This document shows, piece by piece, positions 13,005 to 26,709 of a stretch of 64,000 nt of DNA. Every line of letters starts with the position of its first letter. Positions within the stretch are counted from its first letter, which is position 1. This DNA is from Mobula hypostoma. Taxonomy: Eukaryota. Location: positions 191,148,001 to 191,212,000 of the forward strand of contig NC_086097.1 in NCBI RefSeq assembly GCF_963921235.1, given 5' to 3'. Position numbers and translations under genes: made by a program. The notes beneath the pieces were generated by a model. The model saw nothing but the letters and a program-made list of their open reading frames with translations. It was not told the origin of the DNA and did no database searches.

Positions 13005-14660
13005 TTGGAGACATAAGAAACTACAGATGCTGGAATCTGGAGCAAACAAAACAAAACAAGCTGCTAGAGGAACTGATAACACAAACAAGAGAAAATCTGC
13101 AGATGCTGGAAATCCAGGCAACGCACAAATTACTGAAAGGTCTCAGCCCAAAATATCTACTGTCTCTTTTTCCACAGACGCTGCTTGGCCTGCTGAGTTC
13201 CTCAAACATTTTGTGTGTGGTGCTAGAAGAACTGATTAGGTTAACCAGAATCTGTGGGGGCAGAAAAATGCATCAGGACTGAGGGTGAAGAGAGAAGATG
13301 GCCAGTACCTAGAAGTGAAAGGAAGGGATGAGATGCAGGCTGGTAGGTGATGGGTAGAGACAGATAAGAAAAAAAATGGACAGATGTTATGGGCGGGGAG
13401 ATGGAGAGGGTAGAGACAGAGACTAGTAAGTGAAAAATGAAACCAAATAAAGGAGAGATGATAGGTAGATGGAGCTATGTGATAGAACAGATAGGCACCC
13501 AGGAAGAAAAAACCCAGGCGTGTTGATATTTGGGTAGAAAGATAGAACCAAATGAGGGAGGGTAATGGGTCTTTGTTAGGAGGAATGGAGGGATGGAAAA
13601 GATGAACAAAAGGAGAGAAAACATTGGTGGATGATAGACATTTGGAAGTAACGTAAGGGGTTAAACACAAGTGTGGATTAGTTGAAAATGGAAAATGAAA
13701 TGTTCATATATATCATTGTGTTGCAGAATGTTTGGATGTTGTTCTTTTAGTTTGCATTTAGCTTCACTGTGACAGTGGAAAGGCTAAGGAATATATGTCA
13801 GTGTGGGAACGAAGAGGGAAGTTAAGATGTCATGCAACTCAAAACTCAGGATAGTCATTATGAACAGTGTGCATGTGTTCTTCTAAACAGAGACTTAATC
13901 TGCGTATGTCTCAACAGTGTGGAGGAGACCACATCATGAGCACTGAATGCAATAGGACAGGTTAGAGGAGGTGTACAAGGATCTCTGCCTCTCTTGGAAG
14001 AGTTAAGCCCTGGATGTTGGTAAAGGAAGAGGTGAAAGGACAAGTATTGCACCTCCTAAACTGCCAGGGTCAGGGAGAGGTGTTGGGGAAGGGATGAGTA
14101 GACCACAGAATTCTTCCTGGACTAGGGAGTGGTTCAGGCAGAATGCTATATTAAGAGGGGGGTGGGAAGATGTCAGTGGTGGTGGGATCCTGTTGGAACA
14201 GGTGGAAAAGGTAAATTGCTGGATGTGGAGGCAGGTATGGTGAAAAGTACGAGCCAAGGGAGCCCTCTCTCCGTTCTGTTTGTGGGTGAGGGCAAACATC
14301 TGGGAAACTGAGGAAACGTGTGAGGGCTCCATCAGCTACAGCAGGCAAGAACCTGTGTTTACTGAAGAAGAAGTTTGTTTCTTCAAGTCCTACAGCAGAA
14401 AATGCTCATCTTAAGAATAGAGGTGGAAAGAGATGGCCTTTGCACGGGAGATAGAGTGGGAGGAGAGGTAGTCGGGGTAGCTTTAGGAGTCTGTAGGTCT
14501 GCAGTAGATATCAGCCTGATGTAGGGGCTTGGCCTGAAACTGATTGTTTAATTCCCCTCCACAGATGCTGCTTGACTTGCTGAACTCCTCCAGCATTTTG
14601 TGTGTGTGCAGGGTGGATAGTTTGTGAATTTGAAGGTAGATTGGAATTTAGTGCCAAAGA
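13005..14660 (-). mobile_element. Old, highly decayed Penelope-like element with small nested Penelope pieces
   Basis: Same purine-rich 3' UTR layout as younger copies; decayed EN/RT similarity (HLFQQDPTTTDIFP). Confidence 0.7.
13078..13220. mobile_element. 143-bp inverted Penelope mini-insertion
   Basis: 16-bp TSD with 1 mismatch (TGCTAGAGGAACTGAT at 13062-13077, TGCTAGAAGAACTGAT at 13221-13236). The left part is a pLTR end in minus orientation; the right part is in plus orientation with a decayed hammerhead. Confidence 0.75.
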
Positions 14661-15909
14661 CAAGAAGTATTATGATGTATTCTGCTGGTTTGTTGAGCAG
14701 GTTGTTCTCCTCACGTCACATAAATATCTGTCAATAGGTTTCAATAGGTACGTTTAATGTCAGAGTAATGTATCCAATATACATCCTGAAATTCTTTTTC
14801 TTTGCAAACATCCACGAAAACAGAGCAGTGCCCCAAAGAATGAATGAAAGACAGGTAATGCCATGCATGGTATGAAAGCCTGTGTGAAAAGTGGATAGGG
14901 CTCAGATGAGCCCCTGTAATCTCACCTTGATTGAAGCAGTGTAAAGCAAATTTGTGTGTTCATTGACAGGCTGAAAATAACAGAGGATTCCCCAGAGGAA
15001 TGATGTTTCACTTAGCTATATACATGTATGTGGTTGAATGACAGTAAACTTGAACTTGAACAACAAAGCTTTACCAATAGTTTCTCAGCTGCAGAAATCT
15101 GTATTCAGATTCTCCTGCTCTCAAATCCTTCACTTGTGTCTGTGTGTGATACTGGTCACTGCTGCACCTTATAGACCTGAATCCAATACAAATACAGCAG
15201 AAAGGCAGCTTCTTTGCCTTTGGGTTTACTTTTTGATTTGCATTAATATAGATAGAGGAATGCTCAAAAAACACAAAGAAGCTTAAGGGAAAACTCCTGC
15301 AGAGATGGATATAACTTCTTTCTAATTTATTATCAAACAAATCATGTTCTAGTTATTTAATGACATATGGCAGAACTAATCCTTTCTGAATGGATTAATT
15401 GTGCAACATATTGCCCAATGATATTTTTGACATTGTTTCAGATTTTATTGTAAGGTTTCTCTGGATATATCAAAATACCTGAGGCAAGACATCAGTGAGT
15501 ATTTTTTTTTTGCTGTTACAGCATGGGTGAAATCCTTTTGTTCTGTTTCTCCACTCTTTAGAAACAGGCATGATTTCAAACAAACTGATTTTGATTTTGG
15601 ATAACATTGCTGCTTTTTGTAGATAAAATACATATGAGCCAACTTAATATGCACTCACAGGCAAAATTATATAAATAGTAATAGAATATTAATTCAATAA
15701 TCCTTCCTGCTGTGAAAATTGAGTAATTCACATATTAAAGCTTTAATATAGCATCAATAATACCCTGCATCCGGAGAATTACTGACATACCATAAATGTT
15801 TATAGTTTGTATATTATACTTACAGCAGTTAATAAATATAAATGCCCACCTAGGATCAAATGTTCTCATGAGGTAAAAATTATGGGGTTAGCTTTATTAC
15901 CATTGATAT

Positions 15910-18520
15910 TTATGTCATAAAAAGGTACAGAAAGTGCAGACAATGTGTCAATGCAATGTTACATACCTGAAGTATAGTTTTACTCTGTTCCTGTCAGATC
16001 AGTGATGCCCCATGTGTCTTACTTGTAACACTGTACTGTCTAACCTGAGGAAGCTTCTAGTCAAAGTGAAAGAAGAAAGTGCAAAAGCTGGCTTGTTGCT
16101 CAATATTAAGAAAACCAAGATTATTTCGACCAGCCCTATTAACTCCATAGTAATAAATAGAAAGGAAGTGGAAGCAGTGATGAATTTTGTCTTCCTCAGT
16201 TCAAAGATTTCTATAGACGGTAACTGCAGCCACAAAATTAAATAACACTGACTTCTGGGGAGGGCAGCAATGACAAATTTAGATAAAATACTTTGTCTAC
16301 AAACATTGTCTACAAAGATCTGTATAGTCAAGTCTATGGTATTTCCAGTTGTGATGTGTGGCTATGAGATCTGGACTTTTAGTAAGGCTGAATACAAAAG
16401 AATCGATGCCTTTGAACTTGGATACTGGAAGTAAGTGTTAAGAGTTCGCTGGACAGCAAGAAGATTGAACAAGTCAATACTTGATGAAATACAGCCAGAC
16501 TACTCACTAGGAGGCTTGATTATGAGACAAAAGCTCAAATATTTTGGCTACATCATGAGAAGACAGGATTCCTTGCAGAAGACTGTCACGGTAGGTAAAA
16601 CAGAAGATAAAAGAAGGAGAGAACAACAGAGGATATGATGGATAGATATCACTCAGACAATGCGTAAGACCTTGGGGGATCTGAGAGAGGCAGCTTCCAA
16701 CAAGAAGGCTTGGTGTGCAGGTCCATGAGGTCGCAAAGAGTCGGACTCGGCATAATGACTGAACAACAACAAACTATCTGATGAAGCCATGAAGCCACCA
16801 AGATTGCAGGAACTCTTCCGTAAAAGACACCTGAAAAGGCTGTTTATGGTATTATTCTGTTCCAGAAGATGATATAAGCATTTGAAAGTATTGTACACTT
16901 GAGTCATTTAGCAAGAAAGCTAAAAATGATCTTGATAGTGGTCTCATTGCTTCTTATAACATTTTCAAAATGATAGCAAAGTGTGGGAAATCTCATACAA
17001 TTGGAGAAAGATTCATAATGCCTGCTGTATCAGAAATGCTCACTGTTATTCTCAAAATGGATACCTGTACTTTAAAATCAATTCCTCTGAGTTATAACTC
17101 TGTAGCTCGTCGTATTGACAAAATGAGTGAAGACATTGAGTATCAACAATGCACAGAGCTACAAAAAACAGAATTTGGGATACAATGGGATGAGTCAACT
17201 CTGCCAGACAATGAGGCATTGCTAATATATGTACGGTTTATCAAAAATGGAAAAGTTTATGAAGAGATTCACTTTTGTAAAATGTTAAAAACAAATGTCA
17301 GTGGAGAATCAACCTGTGATGAGCTCAAAATGTATATTGAAGATAAAAGCATTCCGATTAGGAACGTGACTTCTTGTGGAACAGATGAAGCACCATATAT
17401 GACAGGGCACCATGCTAGTTTAGTAGCATTTATGAAAAAAGAAATTCAAAGTCTGTTTACAATCAATTTCTGTAATTCATCGCCAACATCTTGCAGCCAA
17501 AAACCTCAGCCAGCAACTTTTTTCAAGCAGGACTCTTGTAATATCTGCTATCAACAAAATTAAAGCTCATCTATTAAATAACAGAATATTTCACCAGTTA
17601 TGCCAAGAGACAATGAAGAGTTTGAACTCTTGCTTCATACTGGAGTATGTTGGCTGTCAAAATGCTGCTGCTTAAAACATTTTGTCATCTTTTTGACACT
17701 GTGGTTGAATTATTGCTGAAAGTCAGCAAGAGTTTTGGAAACAAGATTGAATTTCTACATGGAGATTTTTCAACTTTATCCAGCCAAAAGTGCAGTGTCC
17801 ACTTTAATTGGAAAATTGGAAATATATAAGGAAAGCATTGTGAGAAGATTGTTCTCAGTTTCCCTGCATAGTAAGCATGGCTCTCTTTCACAGATGGTGC
17901 TTACATTTGCAGTCTCTGAAGAAAGGTTGCCAGAATTGATTCAAGGGTTTGAACAATCAGGAAATTCGGAACTGGGTAATTAACCCATTTCTTTGCAAGG
18001 TGGAAGAACATGAAGAGAGCTTGCAAGAAGAAATTATCAATATTCAGAATGATGGAAGAAGCAAAAATGCTTTTCAAAATTGTCAGCTTTTGTAGTATGT
18101 GACTATAATGTCATACAAAGTTCCCTGGTCTTTGGAGAAAGCTGAACTGCTCTTCATTGCATTTCCTTTCTCCCACCTTGTTGAAAGAGGCTTTAGAACA
18201 CTGAACCACATACACACAAAAAAAAAACCAGAAATCACTTGGACATTTTTACACATGGGGACTTGAGGGTTTTGCTGTCACAACTTGAACCAGATATCTC
18301 AACTCTTGCTAAAAGCCACATTGATATCGAAGCTGCTATATATACAGCACACAGATACTGTAAAAGCTATATTTGAAGACACATACTTTTACACTATGGG
18401 GTGCCGGGAAGAATATTGTACCTAAGAGGCGGGTTGGCAAGTATGAAGGACATCTGGGGGACATTGGCAAGTCAAAAATGCTTTAGGGGTTGTTGGTCTA
18501 CAAAAGGTTGGTAAATACTG
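15910..18520 (+). mobile_element. hAT-Charlie/Buster-type DNA transposon, decayed transposase, interrupted by an RTE LINE
   Basis: PMCLTCNTVLSN|EAMKPPRL rejoined across the insertion; IAKCGKSHTIGE, IPLSYNSVARRI, QWDEST. Right TIR-like AAAAGGTTGGTAAATACTG ends at 18520. Confidence 0.85.
16044..16772 (+). mobile_element. 5'-truncated RTE-BovB-like LINE
   Basis: VKEESAKAGLLLNIKKTKI, LRVRWTARRLNKSIL, KLKYFGYIMRR; tail GTCCATGAGGTCGCAAAGAGTCGGAC...(CAA)n; imperfect TSD ACTGTCTAA/ACTATCTGA. Confidence 0.88.
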
Positions 18521-19039
18521 CTCTGGAGTGTCCAGTTCCCTATGTATCCCCACTATTCACAGAATATATATCAAGTCTGTGAGCAGAAGTTTTCCAATTA
18601 CCTCATAAACACTGCTCTAACACTCAAGAAGGTCACTTAAGGAAATTGCAGCCCACTTGATTGGTGCTGTGTCCTATGTGCCATCCACCTAAACATTGTA
18701 TAGTGTGGCTCCAATATACAATAACAGCCAACCTCCTCTGACACAAATACTGCAATATAATTTTGATTATATTGAAGTTCAAGACCAGTAAGTACGATGA
18801 AAAATGATCTCTTTATTCTCCAAGTCCCAAAACAACCTACCTTAGAAATAATTTTCCACGTTCCTCATTATCATTAGTTCAAAATCCTGAAACTCTACCA
18901 AACAGTGGTGTCAAAGTACATTTGCCACTACAACACTACAACAACTCATGAAGGCATTCACTAGCACTGCCCAGAGAGATGGGAAATAAATGTTGGTCTT
19001 GCTTAGCAACATATGGCTTAACAACTCTGTGTACTTTGA

Positions 19040-20205
19040 GCAACACACAGAAAAAACTGGAGGAACTCAGCAGGCCAGGCAGAATCTAGGAAAAGAGTGC
19101 AATCGATATTTCTGGCCAAAACCCTTTGGTAGGACTGGAGAAAAAAAGCTGAAAAGTCAGTTTAAAAGTTTGGGAGGTGGTGGTGGAGAGAAACACAAGG
19201 TGATAGGTGAAACCTGAAAGGGGAGGGATGAAGTAAAGATCTGGGAAGTTGACGGGTGAAAGAGATGCAGGGCTGGAGAAGGGACAGTCTGATAGAAGAG
19301 GTCAAAAGGCCATGGGAGAAAGAGAACAGTGGGAGGAGCACCAGATGGGGGTAATGGGCAGGCAAGGAGATAAGGTGAGAGCAGGAAAAGGGGATGGGAA
19401 ATGGTGAAGGAGAGGGGAGCAGGGGGCAGGGGGCATTATCGGAAGTTCAATAAATCGATATTCGTGGCATCAGGTTGGAGGCCACCCAAACGGAATATAA
19501 GGTGTTGTTCCTCCTACCAAAGTGTGGCCTCATCACAACAGTCGAGGAGGCCATGGATAGACATATCAGAATGGGAAGTGGAATTAAAATGGGTGGCCAC
19601 CAGGAAATCCCACATTTTCTGGCGGACAGAGCATAGGGGCTCATCGAAGCAATCTCCCAATCTATGTCAAGTCTCACCAATACACAGGAGGCCACATCTC
19701 TTCTCACAAAGAGGCTTTTCCTTCCAGAACGAAGGAGATGTCCTCCTTCTTCAAAGAAAGGGGTTTCCCTTCCTCCACTATCAGCACTGCCATCAACCAC
19801 ATCTCTTTCAATTCATGCACATCTGCTCTTACCCCATCCGCCCTCCACCCTACCAGAGATGAGGTTCCTCTTGTCCTCACATACCACCCCACGAGCCTCC
19901 TCACCCAGCACGTAATTCTCCACAACTTCTGCCATCTCCAGCACTATCCCACCACCAAGGACATCTTTCCCTTCCCCCCCTCTCAATTTCTGCTTTCCAC
20001 AGGGATAGCTCCCTACATGACTCCCTTGTCCATTTGCCACTCTCCACTGATCTCCCTCCTGGCACTTTCCTTTGCAAGTGGAACAAGTGCTACGCCTTCC
20101 CCTACACCTCCTCCCTCATTATCATTCAGGGCCCCAAACAGTCTTCCAGGTGAGGCGATATTTCACCTGTGAGTCTGCTGGGGTCATATACTGTACCCGG
20201 TGCTA
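19040..20205. mobile_element. Penelope-like element with inverted arrangement (minus arm ~19040-19695, plus arm ~19695-20205)
   Basis: Minus-strand EN C-terminus and pLTR abut a plus-strand MSSFFKERGFPS...VPLVLTYHP...FTCESAGVIYC segment. Confidence 0.8.
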
Positions 20206-20581
20206 TTGTACTTTAGTAAGACTTAAGTCCTTTATTGAAAACATTCAACCTCAGCCAATAACAATTCTAGATTGTTTAATGTCATTTCCAAGTGTAAAGG
20301 AGAACAAAATAAATGTTACTCTAGATCTAATGCAGCACAACAAAAGCAAAATAAGATAAAGAACACAACAAATAAAAAAACAAAATAGATATAAATACAA
20401 AAGATAGCTTACATACATAATTTGTGTGTATGTTCATGAAGTGATGCTAGGCACAAGGGTGTCTATACATAAGGGGACTGACTGGAAATGATAAAGTAGT
20501 GGTGGTTGGGGGCGTGGAGGTGTGGATTAATGGGTGGAGGTGTTGGTCAGCGGTAGTGCTTGGGGAAAGTATAACTGTTTT

Positions 20582-21020
20582 ACATAGAAACATAGAAAAT
20601 AGGTGCAGGAGTAGGCCATTTGGCCCTTCGAACCTGCACCATCATTTATTATGATCATGGCTGATCATCCAACTCAGAACCCCGCCCCAGCCTTCCCTCC
20701 ATACCCCCTGACCCCCGTCGCCACAAGGGCCATATCTAACTCCCTCTTAAATATAGCCAATGAACTGGCCTCAACTGTTTCCTGTGGCAGAGAATTCCAC
20801 AGATTCACCACTCTCTGTGTGAAGAAGTTTTTCCTAATCTCGGTCCTAAAAGGCTTCCCCTCTATCCTCAAACTGTGGCCCCTCGTTCTGGACTTCCCCA
20901 ACATCGGGAACAACCTTCCTGCATCTAACCTGTCCAATCCCTTTAGGATTTTATACGTTTCAATCAGATCCCCCCTCAATCTTCTAAATTCCAACGAGTA
21001 CAAGCCCAGTTCATCCAGTC
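20582..21020 (-). mobile_element. CR1 3' fragment, close relative of the 2-kb CR1 copies, inserted in a Rex1-like tail
   Basis: RLDELGLYSLEFRRLRGDLIETYKILKGLDRLDAGRLFP; (TTTCTATG)n tail. Confidence 0.92.
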
Positions 21021-21279
21021 TTTTGTTTCTTGTGGTCCTGTTGTGAATGCTACGTAGCCTCCTCCCTGATGGTAATGGGACAAACATTCCATGAGCAGGG
21101 TGAGTGGTATTTGTGCCTTTGTTAGCACTGTATTGGACATCTTGATACCCCTTTGGATTTCCTGTGAGCAGTTTACTTTATCTCTTCACTGCTGTCTCTT
21201 GAAACCTTAGAAAGTTGGGGCCTTAGACTGTCTCTCAGCAGATTATTTCCATGTTTGCACTTAGTGTCACGTATGGATT

Positions 21280-23344
21280 TCTTCTGGAGCAATGACCCTC
21301 CCTTAGCTCTATGTATTGATCTATTGGCTATGCATGTGAATTGTTCTCTCTCTTTCTTGCTGCAATATGAATACATCAGTTACAGCCACTGTCCCAGTGA
21401 TCGAGAAAGGGAAAGCTGGAGCCATTCGCATATGTGGGGATATCAGGGGCATGAAGGTCAGAACTGAATTGAATGAAGCAGCAACACAAGATTCCATTAA
21501 GTGTGTCCAGTGCCTTATGTACTATGTTCTGAGGTGGATGCTGAACTTCAGAGCTTGGAGGCATCTGGCATTCTCTCCAAGTTTGAGTGGAGTGATTGGG
21601 CCAGGCCTATTGTCCCGGTGATCAAAAAAGGGATCTATTTGCATATGTGGGAAGGTCAAAGTAAGCATCAACCCTGTGCTGCGTACTGTGCAGTATCCCC
21701 TGCCATGAATAGAGGACATTTTTGCATCTTTGGCAGGCAGGGAGAGGTTTTCAAAGATTTACTTGTCTCAAGCCTGTCTGCAAATATAGATTGAGGAGTC
21801 AAGCAGGATATTCCTCACAATTAACACTCACAAGGGACTATTCCAGTGTAATCATCTTGTTTTTGGTGTCACATCTGCTCCAGCAATTGAGCAAAGAGCA
21901 ATGGACCAAGTGCTCCAAGATATCCCAGGAACACAATGTTACCTTGATCACATCATCGTAACTGGCAAAAATGATGAAGAGCATCTCCAGAACCTTGGTA
22001 AAGTGCTTACCACTGAATACCCTGTTGCAGACGGGAGCAAAGTGGGAATCATCAGAAAGAAGTGAAAAAGCATTCAAGGAAACAAAGAGACTAATATCTG
22101 ATGAACTGCTCACCCATTATGACTCATCCCTTCCAATCAGACTGACATGTTATATGTCCCCTTATGGCATTGGAACCATTTTGTCACGTATTATGAAAGA
22201 TGGATCTGAACACCCAATTGAGTTTGCTTCAAAATCACTGACGAGTACAGAACGCAACTACGGTCAGATCGACTGAGAAGCCCTCAGTCTAATACAGGGA
22301 ATAAAGAAGGTCCACTGCTACCTCTAAGGACAAAAGTTTACGCTAGTGACAGATCACCAGCCCATTCTGCCCATTTTCAATCCCAGGAAGGGAATTCCAG
22401 TGATGACTGCTACCTTGTTACAACATTGGGCAGTATTCCTAGGAGCCCACTCTAATGACAGAGAGTTCAAGGGTACCAAACAACGCAGCAACACTGATGG
22501 CTTGTCATGTCCTCCATTACTGGCAACTGAAGAAGAAAAATCTTCATACTATGACCCAGCAGATGTGTTCCACACCACATTGGTGGACCAGTTGCCGGTA
22601 ACAAATTCTGAAATACAAAGGGAGACAAGGAATGACCTGACATTGTCAAAAGTCTATGTGGTCACCACGTAAGGATGGCCAGCTCATGGTAACCCTATGA
22701 TTTCGGACCTCATCAAGGTGAGACCAAATGTTGATATGTCAAAGAATGTTGAAGTATGGATCTCATTTTGTGGTTCCCTCTAAATTGTGCACCGGAGTGT
22801 TAGAAAATCTGCATGGAGGACACCTGGGTGCTGTTAAGATGATAGTCTCACTCAGAGCTATGGGAATAGATAAACAGATTGAAGACTTGGCCAAAAGCTG
22901 TTTGGAATGCCAAAAAGTTGAAAATACACCTTCACAGGCACTGTTACAGCAGTGGGAGTGGTCGTCATCACCATGGCAGAGTGCATATTGACCCTGAAAG
23001 AAACAGAGCATCGCCAAAAAGATTGACTCTTTAGAACTGTGAAGTTAGTTATGGACTGTTATTGTGAAAACATGTTTACTTGGTATATGGGTACATGAAA
23101 GGAAATTGAATGTTTTGTACACATATAATTTTATATTACATTAATCTAAAGGGAGATGAACTGTATTAAATGAATCTATTTCTTTTAGAGCAATGGCACC
23201 ACCACCCCCTTCGCACTATGTATTGATCTGTTGTTTATGCATGTGCGTTGTTTTCTCTCTCTCTGCAATATGAATGCATCAGTTAAATCTATCTCCCATG
23301 TGCTTGCTTTTATTTAGTTGATATGTAGTTGTACAGACACAACA
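21280..23344 (+). mobile_element. Internally deleted, decayed Gypsy element with both LTR remnants
   Basis: WSDWARPIVPV, LTHYDSSLPIRL, TDHQP, LHGGHLGAVKM. LTR-like sequence at ~21280-21382 recurs at ~23180-23285; purine tract near 23148; ends CACAACA. Confidence 0.82.
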
Positions 23345-24788
23345 CTTAGCCATAGCTGTTTTCAACTTCTTCTGCTGCATGTAGTCTACACTGTAGATAG
23401 TGGTACTTACTGTCCTGGGAACGCATAATTAATTGGATCTTGGGACCTCTTGAATCATCTCTAAGCTCTAACTCAAATCTGTCTTAAGGCACCCAGCTCA
23501 CACTTGATACAACCCACCGAGAAAATATGTGAACAACCAAACTCTCATAGACACCATTCTCTTTTACCAAGGCTTGGCAACATCAATTTTGATTAAAGTA
23601 GTCTCATAAAAAAGATCTTTGTTCATATCATCACTAATTCTGACTGTCTTGCATTTCTGAACAAATTCCAGACTCCCCTGAAAATTGTTTGCTCCTGAGA
23701 TCTGTGAAGTGCTCAGTAAAAACAAGATTACTGTGTCCAGTGTAATCTTATTCAAGCTGCTTGTCATTCTGGGCCATCCAGTTTGACATGGCCACACTTC
23801 AGAAACACAACCTAAGAAAAACTATTTCGTACTTCCCAGCACTCTGTGCACACAGGTGATTATTTTTCAAATGATCGACCTAGCATCAGAAAACAGCACA
23901 ACTTGAATTATTGAGTCTAAATTTACACCTTTTTACCAGCATCTAGTCTGACAACTTAATCATCACCATTCCTTCCAGTTCCTGGTGACAAATGTCAAAT
24001 TTGTAGCTTTCGAAAATTTCTAAAAGCATGGTGTTCAGCATGCCTGCAAGCTGATTATTGTACATCTGCCCACTGATATGAATGTAAATGGGTCAGCACT
24101 GCTCTCCTGCTAATTCGGAGCCTTTGTGATTCTGCAGATCATTGCTCCTTTGGATCATGCAGTAGTATAGCATGAACAGCATCAAATTATCAAGTGTTGG
24201 TGGAGATCTGCCAAGTGCAGTAAACAAACAGATCAATCCAAAATCATAAATACTGAATAGCCAGGTTAGCATGATACTTCTCAAAACTTTCTCCGAAGTT
24301 TGCTTTGAAAACGATCAATACAACTCATGTGCAGAAAGTCTTCCAGATGGCTTGAGAGAATGTCTGAAAACACAGGATTGTATTATTAGCAACTCTTGTC
24401 AAGTTTTCTGGACAAATTTCATGGAGCCTGGGAAATTCAAACACCCTGAATTAAATTCAGCAGCAGAACCTAAAGGCATTTTTAATCAAGTATTTTAAAT
24501 TAGTAGTTTATGATTTCACGTTTTGTGATTGCTTCCAGACATGAAGTTCAGAGACAGCAGGTCACATCAAATTTCCTACCTAGTGTTTGCAGAAGTAAGT
24601 GAACAGCCACCTCAAAATTCATGCCACTCATAGGAAATAAAATCCAAAGCACTTTGAATTTCAGAATTAGAATCTGAATCTGAATCAGGTTTAACATAAC
24701 AGGCATATGTTGTGAAGTTTCTTGTTTTGTGACAACAGTATATTGCAATCCATAATTTTAAAAAACTATAAATGGCAATAAAATATAT

Positions 24789-26170
24789 ACAGTAGATTCT
24801 GGTTAATTGGGTAACCCGTTAATCAGGGAAGCTGCTTATTTGGGACAACACTTAAAGAACTAATCGAAAAAATAGCTGGGATTCCCTTTTTCCATTTGGG
24901 ATACTAATTGTGACAGGACCCTATTGCCAAACAGTTTCCAACTAGCATCAGTCAAATGCATTTGTGCAACCATTACACACTACACCATGCTTAGCGTAAC
25001 CAGTTTTTAAATAGCATCAGTTGTGTGTGTTTGTGTTCAAAAAGCAGTGATTTTTATCATAGATTGTTGCCGAGAAATGAGCAGTAAGTCAATTCCGAAC
25101 TGTTTTGTTCGTTGCAGTTTCAAACACTCAGGTTTGGAGACACCAGAGGTGACCAGGAGTGAAAATGAAATAATTTCATTACTTCAACAAGTTAGAAACT
25201 ACGAAGAATTTGAAGGTATCTACAGTCAACTTGAATATTACAATGAAAATGAAGATTTAAGGATGCAATCAACAGAGGCATTTTATGAAGGCAGTCCATT
25301 TTCTGCACTATGTGTCTGTGCTGATTTTGTTCCTTTACAGTCAATCAAGAGAACACGGAGCATATGCTAGATGAATTCCTCCACGGATAACTATTAGATT
25401 ATGAGAACACTCAGTTCTCTTTTATTGTCATTTAGAAATGCATACATGCATTAAGAAATGATACAATGTTTATCCGGAGTGATATCACAGAAAACAGGAC
25501 AAACCAAAGACTAACACTGACAGAACCACATAATTATGACATATAGTTTCAGCAGTGCAAAGCAATACCTTAATTTGATGAAGAACAAACCATGGGCACG
25601 GTAAATAAAGTCTCAAAAGTCCCCGAGTCGATCGACTCCCAAGTCCCCGATAGCAGACGGCAAAAGGGAGAAACTCCCTGCCATAAACCTCCAGGCACCG
25701 TCAACTTGCCAATGCCTTGGAAGCAGCCGACCACAGCTGACACTGAGGCCATCCGTCCGAAAACTTCGAGCTTCTGACCAGCCTCTCCGATACAGCCTCC
25801 TGAGCGCCATCCTCTGCCGAGCGCCTTCGACCTCGCCCCAGCCGCTGAAACAAGCAAAGCCGAGGATTTCGGGGCTTTCTGCTCCACACAGTAGAAGCAG
25901 CAGCGAAACGGGCATTTCAGAAGTTTTCCAGATGGTCCTCCGTACTCTCTCATCCATCTCCATCAAATCAGAATTGTGCACGGTCCCCTACTTGACAGAT
26001 AACAGACATCACCACCGAAGTGGCCGTGCACGCTGCTGTCGTGCTGTCATCTTCTCCTCCTCCCTGGAACTAATATGGAGTTTTATAATACTGTAGTAGT
26101 ATTGCTATTGTTCCAATTTGTTCTATATTTCATCTATACACATAAATTGTTACTCAGTTAAAATTAATTT
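24789..26170 (+). mobile_element. Probable TcMar-Tigger/pogo-like DNA transposon remnant, interrupted
   Basis: Starts TA-CAGTAGATTCTGGTTAATTGGG. A decayed ORF (AVIFIIDCCREMSSKSIPNCF) resembles pogo transposase C-termini. Confidence 0.5.
25396..26065 (-). mobile_element. Non-autonomous ~650-bp retroelement (family B, copy 1)
   Basis: Homologous to 29685-30310; 5' GGAGGAGAAGATG, 3' TAAATGACAATAAAAG tail; approximate TSD AACTATTA/AACTAATA. Confidence 0.75.
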
Positions 26171-26709
26171 GTCATTTTATATTATGTGTATAAATATATT
26201 TAAACTAAATAAGTAATGTAAAAAGAGAGCAAAGAAAAAAAGTGAGGTAGTGCTCATGGGTTCATTATTCATTCTGAAATCTGACAGTGGTGGATAAGAG
26301 ACTGTTTCTACAATGTTGAGTGTGTGACTTCAGGTTTTGTGAATTTCTTTTAACATATCTGTTTGAATGGTCTTCTAAGCCTTAGTGAAATGTTTCATCC
26401 AAAATACAAATGCATCCCAAATGCACTCAGCCAGTTAGACTTAATATAGCATTCAGTCTCGAAAAATTATGCTGCATTCTAATCATGTGCTTCATTTATA
26501 CTTCCAGTTTTATGCAACACTAGTCTTGCTACCAAGGCTTCATACAAGGGCATAATACATATAACATAACATCCTTGGTTTTATTGGCTCTATAGGGACA
26601 AGTATTAGAGCCTTCTTCAGTCTGGTCACCTCAGTATTTCCTTTAGTTTCAGCCTGTCATACATTCTTCACATTATGACTTATCACTCATGAAACAATCC
26701 ATTTTGATT

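Noticed and set aside
16970..17563. Domesticated ZBED/SCAND3-like gene
   Set aside because: Multiple stops and frameshifts, an RTE insertion and a retained TIR indicate a dead transposon.
24093..24498. Possible exon after a minus-strand TGTGTTTTCAG acceptor near 24365
   Set aside because: The frames I translated close within ~30 codons and no good donor or homology was seen.
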